DNA of 56,085 nucleotides, from contig CANRPP010000004.1 of assembly GCA_947632545.1 (NCBI GenBank), positions 1 to 56,085 of the forward strand, given 5' to 3'. Position 1 is the first letter of the stretch, and each line of letters opens with the position of its first letter. A model generated the notes under the pieces. It worked only from the letters and a program-made list of their open reading frames with translations, was not told the origin of the DNA and ran no database searches. This DNA comes from an uncultured Bacilli bacterium (GTDB lineage Bacteria; Bacillota_I; Bacilli_A; RF39; UBA660). Made by a program: the position numbers and the translations under genes. Below are positions 25,431 to 34,045 of this stretch, one piece after another.

Positions 25431-26654
25431 CTATCCTAATTTTCCTTTAACCCCTTTCAAACCTTTTAATCCACCATTTGTAAATCCTTTTAAGATATTA
25501 GTATCAAATGTATAAGTTTTACTAAGTCTTCTTTTATAATCTTTTATTCCTATATTTATCATATCATCTAATAATTCACTATAACTAACACCTAATGGTT
25601 CCCATAAATAGTAAGCTAAACTTCCAGGAATAGAGTTTATTTCATTAATATAGACTTTCTTTGATTTTTCATCAATTAAGAAATCTATTCTACAGGTTCC
25701 AGCTGAACCTAATGCTTTAAATGCTTTAGTAGCAATTTCTTCTATTTCTTTTTTCTGTTTATCTGGTATTTCTGCAGGTATTTTACGATTAGCTGATGCC
25801 ATACCTTTAGATCCACCTTTTACAGGATATTTAAATCCACCTTTTAATTTTCCTTTATTACCTTGAATATATTTTTCATCATATGTTAAAAATTTATTTC
25901 CAGATATTACTTCTTCAATTACACTTAATTTTTGATGTTCATAATTTCCTACTACACTAATATTAACTTCTTTTAAATCTGTAACTACTTCTTCAACTAA
26001 AATCTTATTATCATATGAAATAGCATTATCTATAGCTTCTGTTAATTCTTTATCATTATCAGCTACTTTTATTCCTATACTACTACCCGTAGTTGCAGGT
26101 TTTACAATAACTGGATATTTTAATTTTTTAATTTCTTTTATTACTGATTCACTATCATTTTTATAATCGCAGTCATAAAACCAAGTATATTTTGTCATTG
26201 GTAATTTTTCTTTTTCAAAAATATCTTTCATAAATACTTTATCTTGTCCTACAACTGATGCATATATATTACCACCTACAAATGGTATACCAATTGCTTG
26301 TAAATAACCTTGAATTACACCATCTTCTCCATTAGTACCATGCATAATTGGAAATGCTATATCGATATCTGTTATGATATTTTTTGGAAATTTTTTATTT
26401 TGAAGTACAAAAGAACCATCTTTTGCATATAAAATAACATTTTTACCATATTTTTTTATTAAATTCATATCAGAATATATTTCAATATCCTTAAGCATAT
26501 TACCAGTATACCATTCTCTATCTTTAGTTATATAGATAGGTATAATTTCATATTTTTCTTGATCTAATTTATTTATAGCTTGTATAGCAGAGATAATACT
26601 AACTTCATGCTCTACTGTTTCTCCACCATAAATAACACCTACTTTAATTTTCAT
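25431..26654 (-). CDS. ddl: D-alanine--D-alanine ligase (long variant)
   Basis: ATP-grasp Ddl pattern: KVGVIYGGxSxEHEVS, HGxNGEDG, EINSIPGS. It contains a Gly/Lys-rich insertion and a Gly/Lys-rich C-terminal tail. Confidence 0.85.
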   Translation of the reverse strand: MKIKVGVIYGGETVEHEVSIISAIQAINKLDQEKYEIIPIYITKDREWYTGNMLKDIEIYSDMNLIKKYGKNVILYAKDGSFVLQNKKFPKNIITDIDIAFPIMHGTNGEDGVIQGYLQAIGIPFVGGNIYASVVGQDKVFMKDIFEKEKLPMTKYTWFYDCDYKNDSESVIKEIKKLKYPVIVKPATTGSSIGIKVADNDKELTEAIDNAISYDNKILVEEVVTDLKEVNISVVGNYEHQKLSVIEEVISGNKFLTYDEKYIQGNKGKLKGGFKYPVKGGSKGMASANRKIPAEIPDKQKKEIEEIATKAFKALGSAGTCRIDFLIDEKSKKVYINEINSIPGSLAYYLWEPLGVSYSELLDDMINIGIKDYKRRLSKTYTFDTNILKGFTNGGLKGLKGVKGKLG

Positions 26655-26665
26655 TTAAACATCTC

Positions 26666-28276
26666 CTATTCATTATATGTATCAGGTAAATCATTTTCAA
26701 ATAATGCATATACATCCTTTTTACCTGTTAATGTATTTATAAATGTGTAAGCATCTCTTACATCATTATATACTATTATATGTTTTTTATCGAAACCACT
26801 TTCAACTAAACCATCATAAATTGGTTTTGTATGCTTTTCTCCAATTAAAACAGCATAATCTGCAACTTTAGCAATTTGACGACCAAATTCTTTATTATAT
26901 TCATCTTCTTTTTCTGCAAGTTCAATCATACCAGGTGTTACAACTACTTTAACACCAGGCATCATACCAAGTACTATAGTTGCATTTTCTGCTCCAACTG
27001 GATTAGAATTATAAGCATCATCTATCATATAGAAATTACCCAATTTTTTAAGTTCTAATCTATGTTCAACAGCTTTTACAGATTTAACTGCTTGTTGTAA
27101 TTCTTTAATAGAAATACCAAACTCATATCCCAAAGCTAAAGCTGCTAGAATATTATATACATTATGATTTCCTAATAATTTAGTTTGGAATTCATATGCT
27201 TTATCTTCATTTTTAAATTTAACTTTAAAAGTAGTTCCTTTACTACTACATTTAATATCAGTAGCACGTACATCAACATCTTTATTATTTATACCTACCC
27301 AAATAGTTCTTACATTATTTTTTAGTTTATAACTAACTTGTTTAGGATCATCACCATTAAGTATACCAATACCATCTGAAGGAAGAGATTCTATAAGTTC
27401 AAATTTACCAGTTTGTATATTTTCTTCACTACCAAATGACTCTAAATGTGCAGTACCAATAGTTGTTAAAATACCATATTTAGGATGAACTAAATTACAA
27501 AGTCCTTTTATCTCACCTTTTACATAAGCACCCATTTCTGCTATAAAGATATCTGTAAACTTATCCATATTATTATTTACAGTCATAATAAGTCCATTAA
27601 ATGTATTTAAATTTCTAGGTGTAGGTAGAGCATTATATTTAATATTTAAAATATCTGCTAAAATATTCTTACTACTAGTTTTACCATAACTACCTGTAAT
27701 ACCAATTATTTTTAAATTAGGCATACTTTTTAATTTAGATTGTGCTTTATGTTTATAATAATGATATACTCCTCTTTCATATGGATGATTAATTATATTT
27801 GCAAGAAAAACTATAAATGCATTTAAATATACCATACAAGATAAAATAGTTATCATTAACCATAACATTTTAATATCTTTATAATATATAACTCCAATAA
27901 CTACAGGAATTAAATATAAAATAGTTGTTGTAATTATAAGTCTTCTAACTCTTTTTGTAACTACAAGTGGTTTTTTAGTTTGTTCATTTTTTGCTTTAGT
28001 AGATAATATATAACTTTCATAGGCATAACTTGCTACTAAAGCAATAAGTAATCCTATTAAACTTCCTTCAGATTTATAAAATACCAATAATCCTAATAAA
28101 GAAAATATTATTGATAGAATTATTATATTAATAAAATCTTTAGAGTTTTTAAATACCCATTTTAAATATCTATTATTTTCATTATATAGATTTTGTTGTA
28201 ACATATGTAACGATTTTTTTGATTTTACAATTATTGTAACTATTATTACTAATAATAAAATTAAATACATAATCAT
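26666..28276 (-). CDS. murF: MurF-like Mur ligase (UDP-MurNAc-tripeptide--D-Ala-D-Ala ligase) with N-terminal multi-TM domain
   Basis: Residues from about 190 onward match MurF: IGITGSYGKTS P-loop, AEMGA, TIGTAHLE, NGDD, and C-terminal DDAYNSNP and VVTPGMIE. The first 170 aa or so form five hydrophobic helices in place of the usual domain 1. Confidence 0.75.
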   Translation of the reverse strand: MIMYLILLLVIIVTIIVKSKKSLHMLQQNLYNENNRYLKWVFKNSKDFINIIILSIIFSLLGLLVFYKSEGSLIGLLIALVASYAYESYILSTKAKNEQTKKPLVVTKRVRRLIITTTILYLIPVVIGVIYYKDIKMLWLMITILSCMVYLNAFIVFLANIINHPYERGVYHYYKHKAQSKLKSMPNLKIIGITGSYGKTSSKNILADILNIKYNALPTPRNLNTFNGLIMTVNNNMDKFTDIFIAEMGAYVKGEIKGLCNLVHPKYGILTTIGTAHLESFGSEENIQTGKFELIESLPSDGIGILNGDDPKQVSYKLKNNVRTIWVGINNKDVDVRATDIKCSSKGTTFKVKFKNEDKAYEFQTKLLGNHNVYNILAALALGYEFGISIKELQQAVKSVKAVEHRLELKKLGNFYMIDDAYNSNPVGAENATIVLGMMPGVKVVVTPGMIELAEKEDEYNKEFGRQIAKVADYAVLIGEKHTKPIYDGLVESGFDKKHIIVYNDVRDAYTFINTLTGKKDVYALFENDLPDTYNE

Positions 28277-28277
28277 A

Positions 28278-29009
28278 CTAATTACCTCCTTCTAAAAATG
28301 TATTAATTATATTTATTATTTGATACAAGTTTTCTAAATATACATAATGCCCACCTGGTAAAACTACTAATCCTGCATCAGGCATAATTTTTTCTAAATC
28401 TTTTGCTTCTTCTACTGGTTCTTCTGTATCATTATCACCCCAAATTAATAATGTAGGTTCTTCTATTTTTTTAGCATACTCTGATAAATCTTCATTAACT
28501 GTATTAACAAGTATTTGTCTCATCATAGGACTAGCAGCTTTATAATCTCTAGAACCTATATATTTTTTCATTTTTTCTCCAATACTATCCATACCTGGTA
28601 ATTGTTTCATTTTTTTCAAAATTTTAGTTTTCATTGATAATTCTTTTTGTTTCCTAATACAAGGACTACCAAATAATATAAGTTTTTCTATTTTATTATC
28701 TGCACTATATCTAATAGCAACTCTTCCACCGAAAGAGTGTCCCATAATTATTGGACATTTTATCTTTAATTTTTCAACTACTTTTTCTAACATTTCTTTA
28801 TAATCTTCAATAGTCCATGGTGTTTTTGGTTCTTCACTTTTTCCAAAGCCAGGAAAATCTATAATTGTAATTTTATATTTATTACTTAAGTTATCACCAA
28901 TTGGTTTCATCATCTCAATATTTTGACCCCAACCATGAAGTAATATAATATCTTTACCATCACCATATTGTATGTAATTAATATCAATATCTTTAACCTT
29001 AATTTTCAT
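28278..29009 (-). CDS. Alpha/beta hydrolase
   Basis: HGWG oxyanion motif and the nucleophile elbow GHSFGG. Start chosen at the ATG following GGTGA. Confidence 0.8.
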   Translation of the reverse strand: MKIKVKDIDINYIQYGDGKDIILLHGWGQNIEMMKPIGDNLSNKYKITIIDFPGFGKSEEPKTPWTIEDYKEMLEKVVEKLKIKCPIIMGHSFGGRVAIRYSADNKIEKLILFGSPCIRKQKELSMKTKILKKMKQLPGMDSIGEKMKKYIGSRDYKAASPMMRQILVNTVNEDLSEYAKKIEEPTLLIWGDNDTEEPVEEAKDLEKIMPDAGLVVLPGGHYVYLENLYQIINIINTFLEGGN

Positions 29010-29110
29010 TATATCACCAAACAAATTATATCATAAATGATATTTAAAAGAAAATAATACTTAATAAATTACACTTTTTTACATACTATTATTAAAATAT
29101 TATATTAAAA

Positions 29111-31483
29111 TTATAAATTATCACTATATCTTATAGTTAATATATAGAATAACGCTATTACTTCAATCATCCAAACATATCTATATTCTTGATGACCCAT
29201 AGCTATAAATAAAGTTAAAATATTAACAATTATTGGTATCATAGAATATAATTTTTTCTTATTATTAATTAAAAAATAAATTCCTATAATAATAAGTATA
29301 TCGAAATAAATACCCGCTCTAAAAGAAATTATATTTAATAATTCATTATTAGAAATAAACAATAATATATTATTTACCTTTTTAGATATAGGTTTATACT
29401 TTGTTTTAATACCAAACTCTTTTGCATAATTAGTATCAAATTCATCATATAAAGTTTGATATTTATAAACCTTAACCCTATCTTTTTCTGATACATTCCA
29501 AATCAAATCAGTACCATATAATCTATCTTTAACTAAATAAATTGGATGTTTTACAAGATTTTTTAAATATATTTGAATTATCTTCTTTTTATCAATATCT
29601 TTATTTCTTATATTAGCGTCACTATAATGCAATAACAAATCATGATTATATTTATCATAACTACTATCCATCTTATCTTTACTAATTACATTATTTGTAA
29701 TATAATTATACGTTTTTTTATCTAGTGAAACATCATTTACAAATAAATAATTAATTCCATGTAACATTGTAATTATATCAAAATTTCTAGGAGCATCATT
29801 AACTTTTAAATAATTATATAAAGGTATACGTACAAAAAATACAAATAGTGAAGATATACATGGTATTAAAAATATAATAAATTTTTTCCTTCTATAACTT
29901 AAAATTAATAAAGCAGTAATTACAACAATAAATATATATATGCCATTATGTCTAAATAAAGCTACTAATACCATACTTATAATTAAATATAGATAATTTA
30001 ATTTATTAGAATTAAAATATTTTATATCATTAATAATTAAATATAAATAATATGAAAGTGCAACTAAAGCTATTATAAAGTCACTATCTTTAATCATAGT
30101 AATAAGCATAATACTAGTAACAGGAAATATTGTAAAAATAATAGAAATAATATATATATATTTAAGTTTTAAACCCTTTTTTCCAAAATAAAATAAAATA
30201 CTATTAAGTAATAAAGAATATATTATTAATCTAAAATATAAAAAATAAATAATATCATTAAAAGTTTTATTAAATAGTCCTATTAATAAAGTATGGAAAT
30301 ATGGATGCCAATTATTAAATACTGCATTTTTAATATCATTTAATTCCATATATGTATCAGCATGAACTATAAAAGGATAAAATATATATGCATAAAAAAT
30401 ACATATTCCTAATGTCAATAAAAAGACGATAATTCTATGCATAGTAATATTTTTAATTTTATTATTATTACTAGATTTAATATAATCAATAAAACTAATA
30501 ATATATGGAAATAATAAATAAATTAATAATACAAATACACATAATAACATAATTAATAATAAATTAATTTTATCATTAATTAATCTATCTCCAATAAAAG
30601 AAATACTTATTATAATACTACCTATTAAGTATAATAACTTATTCTTATCACTTTTATTATTTAATTTAAGTCTTAAAAATAATGTTACTAATATTGTAAT
30701 AATTAATTTAGTAAATAAAGAAATATTTATAATATTATTTAATTCAATAACTAATATAAATAATAACATTATAAATTTTTTTCTATCGCATAAAGTTGAT
30801 ATACTAATACCAAAATATATAAATAGTAAACTTAAAAAAATTAAAATATTTTTTAATATATTATTATCAAATTTAGTATTATTTAATTTATATTTATATG
30901 AAGAATCATATATTTTATTTATCTTTACATTTTTATCATATTTATAACTATCAATGACCTTTAGTCTATTATTTATTAAAATATTATACTTATCTTTTTG
31001 TCTTTGAAAATCTATTTCAATATTATCTATTTTATTACAATTAATTATATACTCTTCATTTCTTTTTAATGTAAGTTTATAAGAAGAATCAAGTTTATTA
31101 TATATTTTATATTCTGTTATTAAACTAGCGTCATTTATTAAATCATATAATTTATTATATGAATGATTTGTTTTAACTAAATTTCCATTTTTATATATCC
31201 CTTCTATAGTAATTGGTACAGAACTTATATTTTTTATAGTAATATATTTATTACTACTCTTGTATATAAAATTAGGAATAGTAAAAATAATTAATATTAT
31301 AGAAATTATAATAGAAATAATAATATTTCTTTTATTAATTTTATATTTAGATTTATAAATTATACTAATAAAAAAATATATTATTAACATACTTGAAAAA
31401 ACAATAGAAAAAATATTAGTATATTTTATAATACTATAGTAAATAGGTAATATAATTAATAAAATTAAATATAATATTTTCAT
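29111..31483 (-). CDS. Large polytopic membrane protein, unknown function (possibly GT-C-like)
   Basis: 790 aa with more than 15 predicted TM helices, an extracytoplasmic domain of about 150 aa after TM3, and a soluble region of about 200 aa near the C-terminus. No motif was recognised. Confidence 0.6.
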   Translation of the reverse strand: MKILYLILLIILPIYYSIIKYTNIFSIVFSSMLIIYFFISIIYKSKYKINKRNIIISIIISIILIIFTIPNFIYKSSNKYITIKNISSVPITIEGIYKNGNLVKTNHSYNKLYDLINDASLITEYKIYNKLDSSYKLTLKRNEEYIINCNKIDNIEIDFQRQKDKYNILINNRLKVIDSYKYDKNVKINKIYDSSYKYKLNNTKFDNNILKNILIFLSLLFIYFGISISTLCDRKKFIMLLFILVIELNNIINISLFTKLIITILVTLFLRLKLNNKSDKNKLLYLIGSIIISISFIGDRLINDKINLLLIMLLCVFVLLIYLLFPYIISFIDYIKSSNNNKIKNITMHRIIVFLLTLGICIFYAYIFYPFIVHADTYMELNDIKNAVFNNWHPYFHTLLIGLFNKTFNDIIYFLYFRLIIYSLLLNSILFYFGKKGLKLKYIYIISIIFTIFPVTSIMLITMIKDSDFIIALVALSYYLYLIINDIKYFNSNKLNYLYLIISMVLVALFRHNGIYIFIVVITALLILSYRRKKFIIFLIPCISSLFVFFVRIPLYNYLKVNDAPRNFDIITMLHGINYLFVNDVSLDKKTYNYITNNVISKDKMDSSYDKYNHDLLLHYSDANIRNKDIDKKKIIQIYLKNLVKHPIYLVKDRLYGTDLIWNVSEKDRVKVYKYQTLYDEFDTNYAKEFGIKTKYKPISKKVNNILLFISNNELLNIISFRAGIYFDILIIIGIYFLINNKKKLYSMIPIIVNILTLFIAMGHQEYRYVWMIEVIALFYILTIRYSDNL

Positions 31484-31538
31484 ATTTTCACCACTATCTA
31501 AAAAAATTATATCATAATATTAAAAAAAGATTAAATAT

Positions 31539-31886
31539 TTAATCTTCTTTTTCATTAATACTTTCTATTATATTTTCTATATGTTCTCCATATGCAATAG
31601 AATCATCATATATAAATTTTAATTCTGGAGTATGTCTTATTTCTACTCTTTCACTTAATTTACCTCTTATAAAGTGGCTAGCGCCTTTTAAAGCTTCTAA
31701 AGTTTTTTCTTTTCTAGAATCATCTAGTACCGTAAAATAAACTTTAGCGTAGCTAAGATCATTAGTAATATCTACACCTGTTATAGTAACAAATGAGATA
31801 TCTTCATCTTTAATTTCAGTCATTAGTATATTACTAATTTCTTGCATAAAAACATGATTTAATCTCTCTATCTTAATATTTGCCAT
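31539..31886 (-). CDS. rbfA: Ribosome-binding factor A
   Basis: 115 aa with ITGVDITNDLSYAKVYF and the RHTPEL(K)F motif. Confidence 0.9.
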   Translation of the reverse strand: MANIKIERLNHVFMQEISNILMTEIKDEDISFVTITGVDITNDLSYAKVYFTVLDDSRKEKTLEALKGASHFIRGKLSERVEIRHTPELKFIYDDSIAYGEHIENIIESINEKED

Positions 31887-31927
31887 AAAATCAACTCTTT
31901 TCTTATTTATAGTATAACAAAATTATA

Positions 31928-31956
31928 TTGAAAAATAAATAAAATTAATATATAAT
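31928..31956 (+). promoter_or_regulatory. Sigma-A promoter of the HTH-repeat protein gene
   Basis: TTGAAA, 17-nt spacer, TATAAT, followed by RBS AAAGGAGAG. Confidence 0.65.
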
Positions 31957-31978
31957 AATACGGCAAAGGAGAGCTATT

Positions 31979-34000
31979 ATGGAAACAATTGAAGAATTTA
32001 AATATAATATTAAAAATAATGAACAAAGAAAAAACTTTTTTATTAATAAATTTAAAAATGATTTAAAAAGATTAAATATTATATATGATAATAATGATCT
32101 TGAAAAATTACTTATAGAAGCTATAGATTCATATGATGATATTCCTATTAAGTTTCCTTCTTATGGCCTAAATTATATAAAGGAAAAATTACAAATAGAT
32201 TCTTCAAAACCACAAAAAAATGATATATTTTCTGAAGATGAAATGGTAATATTAAATTTATATTTATCAAAAAATAAAGATGGCAATTACTTAAAATCCG
32301 ATGAAATTGCAAAAAAATTAGAAATAGGTATATTAGATGTAACACAAGCAGTTCATAAATTAAATCAAAATATATTGTACAACTATAATAAAACTAGTAA
32401 AATCTTTAACAATGTAAAAAAAATAATATCAGAGAGAGAACATATGCAAGATATAAGAAAAATTAATACTAATAAAACTATATCTGATGAAGACATTGAA
32501 ATTATAGGACTTTTTACTGGACAAATAAATGATATTTGTTTAGATATAGAAGAAATAGCTCAAGAAAAAAATACAAGTGCATTAATTATGAAACAAAGAA
32601 TAGAAAAAATTTATGAACTAATTTACAATCCAAAAAATTATTTCTTATTAAATGAAAAATATCCTAATATAGACAAAATGTTAAGACTTAAAGGTAAAGC
32701 ATTAGGTATAACATTACCTAAAATATATAAAAATAAATCTATATCTAGTGAAACACCTACTACTAATGAAGCACAAAAAAGTAATATAAATGAAGATGTA
32801 AAACCTAAAACTGAAAATAGTAATAAAATACCTACTATTAAATCTGAACAAGAACATCAACCAGAAATAAAAGAAGCAGATGATAAAACAATTTTAAAAG
32901 ATGTAGAATTTCTTAAATACCTATATAAACCTAAATCTAATAACACTTATTATTCAGTTGTAGAAATTAAAAATTTATTAAATCTGACTACAAATTCATT
33001 TCATAATAAGAAACATCGTATCTTAAAAAAAATGTATGACAGTAAAAAATATAAAGAGCAAATATATGAAATATATCCTGAATTAAGTGACGATATTAAT
33101 CTTTATAATAAAAAGCACAATAAATATATAAAAACATCTGATAAAAAAATTTTAAAAGATGTAGAATTTCTTAAATGTCTATATAAAAAGCAAGATAATG
33201 GTGCCTATTTATCTATAAATGAAATTGCCAATTTATTAAAGTTTAGTAATAAAAATAGTGTAAATAATAAAAAAATTAGAATTATGGATAAATTAAATGA
33301 TGATGAAGATTATAAGGAAAGAATTTCAAAGCTATATCCTGAATTATATTATGATATTAAAGTAAAAGAACAAATATCTAATACTGATCATAATGAAACT
33401 AATAATATCACAATAGATGAACAAATACCTAACTCTGATTACAATGAAACTAATAAGATTACAAAAGATGAACAATTATTATTAGATAGACTATATATAG
33501 ATAAAACAAGAACAATAGAAACGAAAAAATCTTATTGTGAAAAATTAAATATCAGTACAGAATTATTTGATATATTAAATGAAAATTTAACAATAAAGTT
33601 AGTTAAAAATAAAAATTTAAAAACAGCATATCCAAACTTTGAAATAGAAAAAGAAATAATAACAAACTATTTTAATATAAAAAGTATTACATTATCAGAA
33701 AGTGAATTGATAAATATCAAAAATAACTCTAGAAAATATGATTTACCAAACTATAAAGGTGAACGAAATAACTTATTAAAAGGAATTGAATTAATTGAAA
33801 AATCTAAATATAGTGAATATATTTCCTTATGTACTTATGAACAAAAAACAATGCTTGCATTAAAATTTGGATATTTTAATAATACATTATATTCAACAAA
33901 AAACATTTCTAATCTATTCAATGTAACAAAAGAAGAAATATCTATACTTACTGAAGATTGTATAAAAACTACTAATAAACAAAAAATAAAAGGTAAATAA
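31979..34000 (+). CDS. Protein of six tandem sigma-70 region-4-like HTH modules, unknown function
   Basis: 673 aa. Modules follow a recurring pattern: a short acidic stretch, L/I-x-x-L-Y, then (S/T)xxEIAxxL and a recognition-like helix. Examples are LNLYLSK..SDEIAKKLEI..VTQAVHKL, FLKYLYK..SVVEIKNLLNL and MLALKFGY..STKNISNLFNVTKEEIS. Confidence 0.6.
   Translation: METIEEFKYNIKNNEQRKNFFINKFKNDLKRLNIIYDNNDLEKLLIEAIDSYDDIPIKFPSYGLNYIKEKLQIDSSKPQKNDIFSEDEMVILNLYLSKNKDGNYLKSDEIAKKLEIGILDVTQAVHKLNQNILYNYNKTSKIFNNVKKIISEREHMQDIRKINTNKTISDEDIEIIGLFTGQINDICLDIEEIAQEKNTSALIMKQRIEKIYELIYNPKNYFLLNEKYPNIDKMLRLKGKALGITLPKIYKNKSISSETPTTNEAQKSNINEDVKPKTENSNKIPTIKSEQEHQPEIKEADDKTILKDVEFLKYLYKPKSNNTYYSVVEIKNLLNLTTNSFHNKKHRILKKMYDSKKYKEQIYEIYPELSDDINLYNKKHNKYIKTSDKKILKDVEFLKCLYKKQDNGAYLSINEIANLLKFSNKNSVNNKKIRIMDKLNDDEDYKERISKLYPELYYDIKVKEQISNTDHNETNNITIDEQIPNSDYNETNKITKDEQLLLDRLYIDKTRTIETKKSYCEKLNISTELFDILNENLTIKLVKNKNLKTAYPNFEIEKEIITNYFNIKSITLSESELINIKNNSRKYDLPNYKGERNNLLKGIELIEKSKYSEYISLCTYEQKTMLALKFGYFNNTLYSTKNISNLFNVTKEEISILTEDCIKTTNKQKIKGK
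32882..32929 (+). repeat. 48-nt intragenic direct repeat, copy 1
   Basis: gataaaacaattttaaaagatgtagaatttcttaaatacctatataaa. It matches 33140-33187 at 44 of 48 positions and is offset by 258 nt (86 codons). Confidence 0.85.
33140..33187 (+). repeat. 48-nt intragenic direct repeat, copy 2
   Basis: gataaaaaaattttaaaagatgtagaatttcttaaatgtctatataaa. See copy 1. Confidence 0.85.
33368..33469 (+). repeat. Tandem 51-nt (17-codon) repeat, two copies
   Basis: Encodes EQISNTDHNETNNITID and EQIPNSDYNETNKITKD. The units are adjacent and in frame. Confidence 0.85.
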
Positions 34001-34045
34001 TTAAACTGTCCAACTTTTTGGGGTTTTATTATTTACCTTTTTTAA

